64,000 bases of DNA from Phoronis australis (GCA_002633005.1 NMRA01000263.1:424143-488142); one strand, 5' to 3'. Shown: positions 24,956-37,798, numbered from the stretch's first letter. Program-made: numbers and translations. Notes: generated by a model not told the origin, from the sequence alone.

Positions 24956-25423
24956 TGAGTCGACAGCTCACCCAGTCAGACTATATGAAAACAAAAGGGG
25001 GCAAAATTCTACTACCCCAACGTCACTTGAAGAATAGGGCTTGATTAATTAATTAAATTACGTGAAGCCGTAATTAACTGAAAAATATGTCTGGGATAAT
25101 CAACGAACCGTATTTTTATTAAAAATGTCTTGAAAAAACGTTGCTTTCTTCCTTAATTGAGTCTGTTTTTCGCGTTCTTTGTCACTTTAAGGTAAAACGT
25201 GACAATCACGTCAATAAAGTACTATCTGCTACTAGCAAACAGAAGGGTCAAATAAAGTCTTTAGAACTAAAACACAACACTGATTAGAAAGTTCAACGCT
25301 CTAGTTCGTAACACAGAAAAAACAAGGTCGCGGCATTCATTCTGTGTGTTTTAGTTCAAGATCGAGATCAACAGTCTAGCAGTGTTTTGAAACTGAATAC
25401 ATGCAAACATTTATGTCTGCCAA

Positions 25424-25553
25424 ATGGCTGCGCCGAAAGAAGATTTCAAATTTGTCACAAACGAATTCCTTACAGATATTCTGAGACGACGTTATGAATC
25501 GAACGATGAACTCCGGGTCATCGACTTTTCCATTCGACGTTTGCGACCAATCG
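25424..25553 (+). CDS. EcKL paralog 3, exon 1
   Basis: ATG at 25424 MAAPKEDFKFVTNEFLTDILRRRYE (one extra Arg codon), 130 nt, donor G|GTAAGT. Confidence 0.85.
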
Positions 25554-27125
25554 GTAAGTTCTCCAAATAGATTTAATCTTTGATTTTAAGACACGTAGTG
25601 TAGAGAAAATGTTACTAATGACAGTGTGGCAAGTTCATGGCTTCAGTAATGCCTTACTCCTGTTTTCCGAATAATAATAACAAATTATCAACGCGAGGCA
25701 AAGTCTTGTTACGGCCAATGAGATGCATTTCTTTGGGTGAGACCTCAGAAATGACTCGTTTTGATTTATGGTAATATTCTCATTTGGTGCCGATCGTCTA
25801 ACAGGGCTCCGTAACTGCACGAGGGTAACTAAACATAATCAGAAAATTAGGGAATGCTAAAGAAGCAATACCTGCCACAACTATAAAAAGAGTTAGGATC
25901 ATAAACATCTGTTGACAGCAGTTTGAGATCGAGGGTTCCGTTTCTGGTGGTGTCATTTCACGTAACACCAAAAGTGAGATTGTTAAACCCGGGTTTCTCA
26001 GTCTCCTAAAAAATTCATTAGTATATAAGCGGATTTCTAGGGTCCCAGGCGAATCTCTCCTCAACCCACATATGCAACAAAAACTTATCATTGGCGTGGT
26101 ATTTTTAATGCTCACAGGGATATTTTCCTTCAAAATTTTTGTTTGGATCCCACTTACGACGTCTCAGTTCCGTTGGTGCACACACGCTTCAGCAGAGGCT
26201 CTTGTGAACTGCGATACAGAAAAAAAAACATATTGAATTCCAGCTGTCCTGCTTGTCTACAAAAACTCGTCGAATTCACCGTAGATATCACATTAAGATG
26301 TCTATGGAATGCACATTAATTTCTGTTTGTTTGCTTGTGTATATAGTTGCTCAAATTCGCTGCCTGCATTGAGCAGTTCACCGACTCGCCACACCACGAT
26401 GCAGACAAAGACTCACCCAATGTTAACGCAGACAATGCCGTATTCTCAGGAACCCCAAGCTATAAAAGTCTAGTAGCCCTAATTCGTGTCACACTACAAT
26501 TTTTCACCTGCCATCCCCAACCCTAAGTCGCTGGTGACCCCTGCTGAGAAGGGACGAGACCCGATTTTCACCCAAACTGGTCTCCGCTATTTTCCAGCTG
26601 CCCCCTCACGTTGGTCGGCACGAGTTATGGGGAACATCTATTTCGTGCTAGGGTCTAACTGTAGCTTTTTTACTTTATTATCTTAATGGACAATCCGGCA
26701 CTGAACTCATCCTTACCACCCAAGCTCAGAACGAGCTTGTGGAGTAACGTACCTCATTGCTAATGCACAAATTTAGGCCCGTTCTTCTTTCTGTGAAGTC
26801 GCGCCAGTATGCGGAATTAACGACATGCAGTAATATGTCAAATGTGGGTGTAACTTACAGAGGACCAAGTTTTTAAATATTGTGAAGTGAGCCTTGACTT
26901 GTCTGTGGCAAAAAAGCAACAATAGTTTGAAAATGTATGGTTTTGGATAGAAAAGCGTATGCTGTAATGATGCTTGGTAGTAACTTATGAATTCCATGCG
27001 CGCACCCAGGGGGGCTTGGGGGTCCCGAACGAGCGTGTTCTTTCTTTATCATAAGTATGTTGTTAATCTTCACTTTTAATTTTAAAAATCGTGTTTTCCC
27101 TAAATTCCCTCTTTGTCGTTTTTAG

Positions 27126-28273
27126 AAGAAGAGTTTATTACGAAAGTTCGAGGCGTCACCGCAACTGTTTTAGAAGCAAACGGCAACAGACAGTGCTCCA
27201 TGATTCTCAAAACCGTTATTCAAAGTGGCGACTGTCACATGGATGACGAAAGGGAAAAGGAATTAATGATTTTCGAAAAGGAAGAACTTTCGTATAAAAA
27301 GATGATACCAGCCATGGAAAAAATTGTGAAAGAGCAAGGTGCTTTCATTAGTGTTCCGGTTCCATTTCTTATGCACAGTGAAAGCCAGGGAATTAAATTC
27401 CTTCTCTTCGAAGACTTGTCCTTGCAAGGATTCTTTGTTACAAAGTTCGACGACAAATTTGATTACGAACACTGCAAACTGGCTGTCGAAGGAATAGCCA
27501 CGTTCCACGCGCTATCTTTGGTCTTAGGCAAGGGCTCGGTTGAAAATCTTAGAAATGATTTCGAAGCTTTATTCGTGGAGAGAGTTGCCCCTGGACCTTT
27601 CATGGATATATTTGAAAAGGCTGCCAGATTCAATTTAGATGTTTGCCTCAACGTTGTACGACGTAGTACTACCGACAAAGAGATACTTAACGAAATTGAG
27701 AAACTTCAATCGATGGAGGTATCTGGAATGTACGAGAGAGCCTTTGCACCAGATCCCATATTCAACGTAGTTTGTCATCGGGATTTCAAACCTGGAAACA
27801 TGCTCTTCAAGTACGACAACTCAGAGGAAAAAAATAAAGTGGTAACCGACTTCAAATTCATTGACTTACAACTAGCCACCGTCGGATCTCCTGCACTGGA
27901 TTTGGTTATGATGCTATATACGAGCACAACTGAGATGTTTCGGAGACAACACTTGAATAAAATTCTCCAAGACTATTACGCTAAATTTGTGAGTGTTCTG
28001 AACATGGCGGACGTGCCAGTTCCTGATTGTTTCACGTACGGGTTACTACTCCAACACTTCCAGAAACGCGCTGGATTGGGTATTATTTTTTCATGGGTTA
28101 CCTACGTGATGTTTTCAAAGGCAGTCTCACGAAACAGTTTACAGGCGGCTGAACAGTACGACTTGGAAGCCTTTGATGAAATTTGCGAAGATATCATAAA
28201 GGCAGGGGATTATGTTGATATTCTGGATACATTTTGTGCTGCTGTCAAGGAACATTATTTTGACCATCTTTAA
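27126..28273 (+). CDS. EcKL paralog 3, exon 2 (spliced product 425 aa)
   Basis: Acceptor TTTTTAG ends at 27125. 1148 nt. CHRDFKPGNMLF, IDLQ, GSPALDL. Confidence 0.92.
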
Positions 28274-28374
28274 AGCGCCATTAGTCTAGCCGTCTTGCAG
28301 GTAGTCACTGACCGGTGTTTTCGGCACCATGATAGACTGTTCGAATCGATCACTTTATTAATCTCTACCGTACG

Positions 28375-28646
28375 CATGCGCGCACCCAGCCTAAAGCGTA
28401 GGGGTGCTCGAATTCTTAAGTGTACGGACCTTGTAGTGAATGAAATCAACGAGGACTAAAAAAACGGGGTTACTAGATTTAGGCCCGCGAATTGTGCATC
28501 CGTGCCGACTTCCCGTGGGATTTTGTGGACTTTTGTCTCATTTACTCGGACTTTTTGTTTCACTGAGGCGGACCTTTTTGGCCCAATTGAATTCGCCAAA
28601 TTGGGGAGGGGCTCGAATGAGCCCCCCCCCCCTGGGTGCGCCCATG
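28375..28646. mobile_element. MITE with 5-bp TSD GTACG
   Basis: TIR CATGCGCGCACCCAG / CTGGGTGCGCCCATG, with GTACG at 28370-28374 and 28647-28651. A truncated relative is at 26995-27030. Confidence 0.75.
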
Positions 28647-30342
28647 GTACGTATACCAGTGTACTCACACAAAGCGTCAGACGTATTATCCCTGGATCCA
28701 AAGCAGTACGTCACGATCATAATCAAATTGATCATGTTGAGATAGAGCAGAGACAATAAGCGACAACAAGGTGATTGCTTCATAGATGCAGCTATTCAGA
28801 TATCGCGTAATGACTTATCTGCCATAATTCGGAACAAAAACCTGAAGTCACATATGATTCACAAATTTTGCAAGCCTTTGATTTTTTCCGATTCAGGTAA
28901 ACAAGGGAGCAATTTAGCGCTTTAAGTTTTTATAGAACCATAGACTATGTTGTCTATAATCTATGATAGAACGGACAAATAATGATGGTCTAAGTGCTTA
29001 CTAATATACAGCGCTACGTAAATTTGGCCTGATTGTAATTATCGTTTATTTTCAAATTTTAGTGTTATTATTTGACTGGGTTCAAAAGACATAGGAAAAA
29101 TAGACGAAGAGACGAGCAGTTGACAAGTGATTTTTTTTGATATTTTAAACAAAAGGAAAATGCTTTGATATCAACGGAAATGCGGAATCTTTACAAACAA
29201 AGTGTAAAAATATCTAGTGAACCGTTTGACTTCTATTTCAGGTGGGCCAGAGAACAACTTTGAGTAATTTTATTTAGATTGAGTTAGAGTGGGCGATACA
29301 TAACAAGTATATACACAGACACACTGATGTATGAAAAAAGGATCACAATACAGAGGAATTTAGAAACTAGCTCTTATAAATCTTTCTTGATAAAATTTGA
29401 TCGATCAAGCAAGAAAGTACTTAAAACGTTATTGGTGTAACTTAAAAGGGATGTAGTATCCCATTGTGACAATTGAAGATTTAACTGGATCCTCATGTGA
29501 TCATACAGACAGCATCTTGTTGAGAAGTGAAATCAGTCTCCAATTTCATACAAATTAAATTTCATGTAATATTTGCACAGCCTTAATTCTTTTCCTCGAT
29601 ACACCTCCATTTGCTCCAATATCACATCAAAGCATGTGATTATTCAAACACAGCTATCACTATCAATAAAACTAATTGAAGACTCAATCTCTCCCAGGTG
29701 TACAATGCAGTGCATATTGAGGTATTTTTATCAACAGGAAACAAACTGACCATTCAAGCTTTTATTTTAACAAAAAGTTCCCATAAAACACAATGACCTG
29801 GAATAACTCAGACAAGATAAAACTCCAGCACACTGATGTCACTTGGAACAAGGAGGTCTTGACACAGAAATACTCTTTTGAAAGGCACAAAGTTCAGTAA
29901 AGTTAACAAGGACACCATTACAAAGAAAGCATAAATGGATACCTGACAGAGTTAAACACTCTGAAATATACTTCCTGATCGACAGCTGTTTGCAGAAGCT
30001 TTGAGTGAACATTTGTCAAAAGCATAAATTGGTGACCGTGAAACAATAAAGCATAGTTTGAAATAATTCCAGAGGACCTTTCAACTCCACTTAAATTAGT
30101 CAGTTGCAGTCCCAGACCAACCAAATAGCAAAATTCCCAATGCTAACTCCGCCTGCACTAAAAATACTGCTTGTATGGACACAGTAGGACCACCTCAGTG
30201 AACAATTATTGGGAACTGTGAAACAGTGGATTATGGAGTAAGCTAGTTCTGACACCGTGCATTATCAAAATTCTACTTAGCCCCTTGAATAACCAAAGTC
30301 AGACCCTTACAAGCACAAGACTCACAGTCCGTGTGACCAGCA

Positions 30343-30550
30343 TTATAACTTGTCTAACTTGGTGACAATGATAACTCTGAGTGTCTGATCAAACGCTGTA
30401 CACACACACAAGCCAGCTTTATCTGGACTCCAGTCGAAGGTCGAGATGGGCTGCGTAGACATCGTCACATTCTGAAGAAGCTGTACTGAGCCTATAACAC
30501 CAGTATCTACTCCATCACCATCCTTCTGAGACCGTTGGGCGGGATAGTGA
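30343..30550 (-). CDS. WDR92: WDR92/DNAAF10 exon 8 (terminal), second copy, followed by the 3' UTR
   Basis: [13 protein letters not shown]...[43 protein letters not shown], matching the WDR92 C-terminus. Confidence 0.9.
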
Positions 30551-31510
30551 CTGGAATAAAAAGCAACGCTAACAGTTATTTCGCACATACCTTTTGATTA
30601 CGCTCTATTTTTTCCATTCTAACATTCTTGCTTCTAATGAAACTATTCAACTAAATATAGTTTGATGCCAGTCATACAGTACCAATTTAAGTGAAGAAGA
30701 ATTGTGTTAAAGTTGATTTTTTCCAGAAAAAAAATGTAAAATAAAATTCTTTTTTATACATAGTGAGCTAAATAGGTGAAGAATTACTGCAAGTAAGATC
30801 GTGGTGATCATGACAAAATTAAGGTGTTTGCAAATAGTGTTATCTAAAAGTGGCAGAGTTACAAAATGGAGCAGGGTCCAGAGTGCAGTCTCTGCACTCG
30901 AAAATTGACCAATTACACACTTTGAGTAAACTTACAAATTTGTACTGGAATAATACCACATGATTGGTTAATAAGTTTCAAATCAAGTCAAGCTGAGTTA
31001 GGAGATTACATCCTTGACTCAGAGCGATGTTATATAAGAAACATGCATTAAAAGCAGAGTGAGAAGCAGAACTTTAAAGCGGCAAAGCTATCTTACATCA
31101 TAAAAAACTAGTTCTTTGCAAACGGAGAAATCACTGCTCATTTTAGAGAGGAACACTTTTGAGACCAACTTTATAGCAGTTAGTGGTGCAAATCAAAAGT
31201 TGTTGTATTGGATGGAATGATACGGGGTTTGTAGTCACTATAAGCAAATGTCGGAAATAACAACAACATAGAACTATACAAAAGGAAGTGTTTTCAGCAT
31301 TTGTTCCATGTGAGGTCATAGTTAATGATAAATCAATCTCATTTTGTCACCCTCTAATGAAAGAACAAAAAACTTCATTGTTGTGTGCTGAAACCATTAA
31401 TATACAAATTCTACACAAATGCCTACAAGTGTAAGCTTCCTCGTACAAGTCTCGTCTTTTGAAGAGCCAGGCACNTACAAGCACAAGACTCACAGTCCGT
31501 GTGACCAGCA

Positions 31511-31718
31511 TTATAACTTGTCTAACTTGGTGACAATGATAACTCTGAGTGTCTGATCAAACGCTGTACACACACACAAGCCAGCTTTATCTGGACTCCA
31601 GTCGAAGGTCGAGATGGGCTGCGTAGACATCGTCACATTCTGAAGAAGCTGTACTGAGCCTATAACACCAGTATCTACTCCATCACCATCCTTCTGAGAC
31701 CGTTGAGCGGGATAGTGA
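31511..31718 (-). CDS. WDR92: WDR92/DNAAF10 exon 8 (terminal)
   Basis: Acceptor TTCCAG, 208 nt, same peptide as 30343-30550. Confidence 0.9.
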
Positions 31719-32676
31719 CTGGAATAAAAAGCAATGCTAACAGTTATTTCGCACATACCTTTTGATTACGCTCTATTTTTTCCATTCTAACTTCCTTGCT
31801 TCTACTGAAACTGTTCAACTAAATATAGTTTGATGCCAGTCATACAGTACCAATTTAAGTGAAGAAGAATTGTGTTAAAGTTGATTTTTTCCAGAAAAAA
31901 ATGCAAAATAAAATTCTTTTTTATACAAAGTGAGCTAAATAGGTGAAGAATTACTGCAAGTAAGATCGTGGTGATCATGACAAAATTAAGGTGTTTGCAA
32001 ATAGTGTTATCTAAAAGTGGCAGGGTTACAAAATGGAGCCGGGCCCACAGTGCAGTCTCTGTGCTCGAAAATTGACCAATTACACACTTTGAGTAAACTT
32101 ACAAATTTATACTGGAATAATACCACATGATTAGTTATTAAGTTTCAAGTCAAGTCAAGCTGAGTTAGGAGATTACATCCTTGATTCAGAGCGATGTTAT
32201 ATAGGAAACATGCATTAAAAGCAGAGTGAGAAGCAGAACTTTAAAGCGGCAAAGCTATCTTACATCCCAAAAACTAGTTCTTTGCAAACGCAGAAAACAC
32301 TGCTCATTTTAGAGAGGAACACTTTTGATACCAACTTTATAGCAGTTAGTGGTGGAAATCAAAAGTTGCTGTCTTGGATGGAATGATACGGGGTTTGTAG
32401 TCACTATAAGCAAATGTCTGAAGTAACAACAACATAGAAGTAAACAAAAGGAAGTGTTTTCAGCATTTGCTCCATGTGAGGTCATAGTTAATGATAAATA
32501 AATCCCATTTTGTCACCCTCTAATGAAAGAACAAAAAACTTCATTGTTGTGTGCGGAAACCATTAATATACAAATTCTACACAAATGCCTACAAGTGTAA
32601 GCTTCCTCGTACAAGTCTCGTCTTTTGAAGAGCCAGGCACAGGCCTGTAAATGAGTACAATGCCAAATCAACATAC

Positions 32677-32774
32677 TATTTCCACAAGTTTAATGTGCCT
32701 GATCCACCAGTGGTCATGAAGACATCCCTGTTCTGAGGTAAGTGACGACATGCCCATACTGTCGACTTGTGCGC
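32677..32774 (-). CDS. WDR92: WDR92 exon 7, duplicate copy
   Basis: [33 protein letters not shown] with AG/GT boundaries. Confidence 0.85.
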
Positions 32775-33107
32775 CTGAAAAAAATGGCAACAAATAAACA
32801 AAAAATAAATAATGATAACTGGCAAATAGAATTATTATAATTTAAAAAAATGAAATGACAACTTTTAAAAGAGGGTGCAATAACTTTACTGATGGAAACA
32901 GAAATGACAAATATCCTGTAAATTTCCCTGATTTTATAAATCATAAAGCTGCAAAATCTGGGGTTCTAAACATGGAGAGGCTTTTCATGCAAGCACAAAC
33001 AACTTGTACAATTGACTGATTTTATAAATTCTACAGCTTCAAAAACTATGGTCTTCACCACCGTATGCAAACAGGATAACTTTAACTTAGAGTAAAAAAG
33101 TGCTCAC

Positions 33108-33242
33108 CTTTTCTACTAATGAGGCAAATCCTTTTTGTGGGTGCTGTGTTCGTAGATCATAAACATGGAACTTGGACTCTAGTGTGGTCACAACAAGTTT
33201 GTTCATGGCGATGTCCTTTCGGTCAAACTCCACACAGCATAC
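33108..33242 (-). CDS. WDR92: WDR92 exon 6, duplicate copy
   Basis: [45 protein letters not shown]. Confidence 0.85.
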
Positions 33243-33869
33243 CTGAAACAGCAGGCCAGGTAATGAAGCCAGGGAAATGAATCAACAGGTGTCAGTTGTA
33301 CACTTTTCAATTATTTTGCTTTATTTTGTAACTTCTTTCCAGGAGCCACCAACTACAACCACATTTTGGGTGATAGGAATTCATATCAGTCTGAAGGTGA
33401 AAGATTATTAGACAGTATGATCACTAGTTATAGCATCTTTCATAAAAAACTTCTTTTGATCATTTACAATCGCTTAGTGATAAGAAATCATATGATCATC
33501 ATTATCAAGATTGATGATAAACCTTGCATGAAAAATTATTTCATAATTTTTGTTTTCATCATGTTAGCACAACATTGCATTTTCACGACTGACTATTCAC
33601 TGAAACTAAGTTCAGTCCCTTTCTTTACTTATAACTTAGCAACAGGTAACTTAAGATGGCCCAGACAGCTGAAATAATTCACCAGCAGTAACAACCTAGA
33701 TTCAAATCCATTTTGTAATCTAAAGAATTGTCATTATTTCAGACGAGCGTGAAATCTATAAAAAGTTCAAAATGCATTACTGAAGACATGGTTTCTAAAT
33801 GCAGACAGAAATTACAATGCAACACAAAAATAACATCCATACTAACTGCGAGGTTTTAGCAATACTTGC

Positions 33870-33985
33870 CCCGTTTTTAACATTGGTCTCCCAGCGCAGA
33901 GACATGGTTCTTAAATCAAATAACTTGACATCACCATTATCATATCCTGCACATACACATCTGTCTTGGGCTTTGTAAGCATCAC
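33870..33985 (-). CDS. WDR92: WDR92 exon 5, duplicate copy
   Basis: [38 protein letters not shown] with a GC donor. Confidence 0.85.
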
Positions 33986-34590
33986 CTGGCAAATACAAAA
34001 CGAGGTTCACCATCAACATCTAGACCAACATGATACAGCGGGCGACAAGGCAAAATTTTCAATCCCATATCTATCTAATACTATAATGGCCGCTAAACAG
34101 ATTATTCATCCTCCAGGAAAGGCAGAAATTCACTAATAAGAAGACAATCAAGAACATGGCAGTTTGTTTTCAACTTCCTACAAAAAACATTGGTAATTAG
34201 TAAGACCTTTGCAATGCTGGTCTGATGACTTCAAGGTCACTGGGCTAAAGACAGTTTGGTGTCTATATAAATAAGAGCTTATTAAACGTATCAAAATATG
34301 TTGTTAGTTTAAACAATTATGTTTTAGCAATGGCCTCGTTTTATCAGAAAGCTTCTGTGTACTAGACTCCAGTCAAAAAGTGACTTTTGAATTAAAACAC
34401 TTTGTAATAAAGCTTGTCTGCAGTTGTTGCATACTTAGATCTTAGATGAGAAGTGGTTTAGGGTTGTCAACACTTAGTAATTGCTTGAGACCAAGTTCAG
34501 CACATAAAATGAACACAAGACTGGTCAAAGCAGCTTATAGAGCCTGTCAATGAATTTTAAGTTTTTCTCAAACCCAGAAGTCACTTAAGT

Positions 34591-34665
34591 GAATAGATGA
34601 CTCAGCGGTCTAGTGATTCCAGTGCTGGACTGTTAACTGAAAGGTCCCAAATTCTAACCTCCATC
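34591..34665 (+). mobile_element. Degenerate tRNA(Asn)-derived SINE head
   Basis: A-box-like TGACTCAGCGG and CTGTTAACTGAAAGGT, resembling the tRNA-Asn anticodon arm and variable loop. The B box is decayed. Confidence 0.4.
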
Positions 34666-35320
34666 ATCTACTAGGAATAGTGCTCACCAAGAATATACCA
34701 GATACCTATGCTCATTCTTCTAAGAATAATTTAACACTTAAAAATGGCCGCAGAAATGACCAACCGAAACATTACGCCAGTGTAAATAGGCTAGATGTGT
34801 GTGTAAATAGACAGACATCATGTTAGTTGCAACAGTAAATGTAATGTAACCTACACTGTCAAACATGATATAAGCATTTACCCAATAGTTTACAACTTTA
34901 TCTTGTTCAATGACATTCCCAAACACTGAGTGGGGGAGAAATTGTGATCAGGGTCTTTCTTAATGGTAAACACAGTTCAACTGTAGCACAGTTACAACCC
35001 TCTATGAGGGTGGTTAGCAAGCAGTTATAATGGTAATGTGCTGGGGTGAACGTAGAGCACAGTTGTGAAGGTTACAATCTACAAATGTCAGGGGCGAATC
35101 TAGGATATCGTAAGAGGGCCCAAACACAACTTTCGAAGGAAAAATGTCTGCACAGCGCCTAACATGGCAAAATGATTTCTTTCTATTTTGGTGGTGTCTA
35201 TAGGGGGAGCATGCCCATTNCTACACAAATGCCTACAAGTGTAAGCTTCCTCGTACAAGTCTCGTCTTTTGAAGAGCCAGGCACAGGCCTGTAAATGAGT
35301 ACAATGCCAAATCAACATAC

Positions 35321-35418
35321 TATTTCCACAAGTTTAATGTGCCTGATCCACCAGTGGTCATGAAGACATCCCTGTTCTGAGGTAAGTGACGACATGCCCA
35401 TACTGTCGACTTGTGCGC
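35321..35418 (-). CDS. WDR92: WDR92 exon 7
   Basis: 98 nt, AHKSTVW...LWKY, donor GTATGT. Confidence 0.88.
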
Positions 35419-35751
35419 CTGAAAAAAATGGCAACAAATAAACAAAAAATAAATAATGATAACTGGCAAATAGAATTATTATAATTTAAAAAAATGAAAT
35501 GACAACTTTTAAAAGAGGGTGCAATAACTTTACTGATGGAAACAGAAATGACAAATATCCTGTAAATTTCCCTGATTTTATAAATCATAAAGCTGCAAAA
35601 TCTGGGGTTCTAAACATGGAGAGGCTTTTCATGCAAGCACAAACAACTTGTACAATTGACTGATTTTATAAATTCTACAGCTTCAAAAACTATGGTCTTC
35701 ACCACCGTATGCAAACAGGATAACTTTAACTTAGAGTAAAAAAGTGCTCAC

Positions 35752-35886
35752 CTTTTCTACTAATGAGGCAAATCCTTTTTGTGGGTGCTGTGTTCGTAGA
35801 TCATAAACATGGAACTTGGACTCTAGTGTGGTCACAACAAGTTTGTTCATGGCGATGTCCTTTCGGTCAAACTCCACACAGCATAC
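35752..35886 (-). CDS. WDR92: WDR92 exon 6
   Basis: 135 nt, [10 protein letters not shown]...FASLVEK, donor GTGAGC. Confidence 0.88.
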
Positions 35887-36453
35887 CTGAAACAGCAGGC
35901 CAGGTAATGAAGCCAGGGAAATGAACCAACAGGTGTCAGTTGTACACTTTTCAATTATTTTGCTTTATTTTGTAACTTCTTTCCAGGAGCCACCAACTAC
36001 AACCACATTTTGGGTGATAGGAATTCATATCAGTCTGAAGATGAAAGATTATTAGTATGATCACTAGTTATGGCATCTTTCATAAAAAACTTCTTTTGAT
36101 CATTTATAATCGCTTAGTGATAAGAAATCATATGATCATCATTATCAAGACTGATGATAAACCTTGCATGAAAAATTATTTCATAATTTTTGTTTTCATC
36201 ATGTTAGCACAACATTGCATTTTCACGACTCACTTTTAACTGAAACTAAGTTCAGTCCCTTTCTTTACTTATAACTTAGCAACAGGTAACTTAAGATGGC
36301 CCAGACAGCTGAAACAATTATTTCAGACAAGGGTGAAATCTATAAAAAGTTCAAAATGCATTACTGTAGACATGGTTTCTAAACGCAGACAAAAATTACA
36401 ATGCAACACAAAAATAACATCCATACTAACTGTGAGGTTTTAGCAGTACTTGC

Positions 36454-36569
36454 CCCGTTTTTAACATTGGTCTCCCAACGCAGAGACATGGTCCTTAGAT
36501 CAAATAACTTGACATCACCATTATCATATCCTGCACATACACATCTGTCGTGGGCTTTGTAAGCATCAC
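36454..36569 (-). CDS. WDR92: WDR92 exon 5
   Basis: 116 nt, [25 protein letters not shown]...KNG, donor GCAAGT. Confidence 0.88.
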
Positions 36570-37252
36570 CTGGCAAATACAAAACGAGGTTCACCATCAA
36601 CATCTAGGCCAACATGATACAGCGGGCGACAAGGCAAAATTTTCAATGCCATATCTATCTGATACTGTAATGGCCGCTGAACAGATTATTCATACTCCAG
36701 GAAAGGCAGAAATTCACTAATAAGAAGACAATGAAGAACATGGCAGTTTGTTTTCAACTTCCTACAAAAACATTGGTAACTAGTAAGACCTTTGCAATGC
36801 TGGTCTGATGATTTCAAGGTCACTGGGCTAAAGACAGTTTGGGGTCTATATAAATGAGCTTATTAAACGTATCAAAATATGTTGTTAGTTTAAATAATTG
36901 TGTTTTAGCAATGGCCTTGTTTTATCAGAAAGCTGCTGTGTACTAGACTCCAGTCAAAAAGTGACTTTTGAATTAAAACACTTCGTAATAAAGCTTGTCT
37001 ACAGTTGTTGCTTACTTAGATCTTAGATGAGAAGTGATTTAGGGTTGTCAACAATTAACACTTAGTCTTTGCTAGAGACCAAGTTCAGCACATAAAATGA
37101 ACACGAGACTGGTCAATGCAGCTTATAGAGCCTGCTGACAAGTGTCAATGAATTTTAAGTTTTTCCAAAACCCAGAAGTATGCTTATTGAAAAAGAAAAA
37201 CTTATCGCTCGACATGTAGCCATCATTACCATAATATCACCGATATCCTTAC

Positions 37253-37354
37253 CAAAGGCCACAGTCCAGCAGTCTCGTTTAACCTCACTCTCATCCGGCT
37301 CCATGGTAGCCACTGGCTCATTCTTTTGCCGTTGGTCCCACACTTTTACAGATC
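37253..37354 (-). CDS. WDR92: WDR92 exon 4
   Basis: 102 nt, [19 protein letters not shown]...KRDCWTVAF. Confidence 0.9.
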
Positions 37355-37667
37355 CTAAGTAGAAACATTTACAGTGAATTGTTGTATTTTGTCATGTAAA
37401 TAAACTCAAAACAATTTATAAACCATATATATGGTAAAAGAATTTTCATCGTTTTTTCTTGAAATCTAATCAAATGTATAATTATGTAATCACTACCATC
37501 CAGCAGATTGGCTACTAACATTCTGTAAGTATATTGACTGACTTTCTATGCAGAACTCATATTCTGCCACTAAGTACAAATCTCACCAAAATCAATGTTT
37601 GACTCTGTCTCTCTATGTTGTATTTCTGTACCGACGTTAATTTTTCAATTCAACCAACCATGCTTAC

Positions 37668-37798
37668 CATCTCGACTTCCTGTAACAATCTCAGGAGCAC
37701 CTTCACCAATTCCAAGACCACCGACGCCATCTATTGCATTTATAATCTCCTTGTGACCCTTCACTGAGTATATTGGGATCTCCGGTGCCTCTAGATTC
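37668..37798 (-). CDS. WDR92: WDR92 exon 3
   Basis: 131 nt, [43 protein letters not shown]. Confidence 0.92.

Noticed and set aside
25798-26133. Type IV pilin-like peptide (IVVAGIASLAFPNF; GFSILELLAGI in the paralog intron)
   Set aside because: It lies antisense in an animal intron, the frames break differently in each paralog, and short hydrophobic matches arise by chance.
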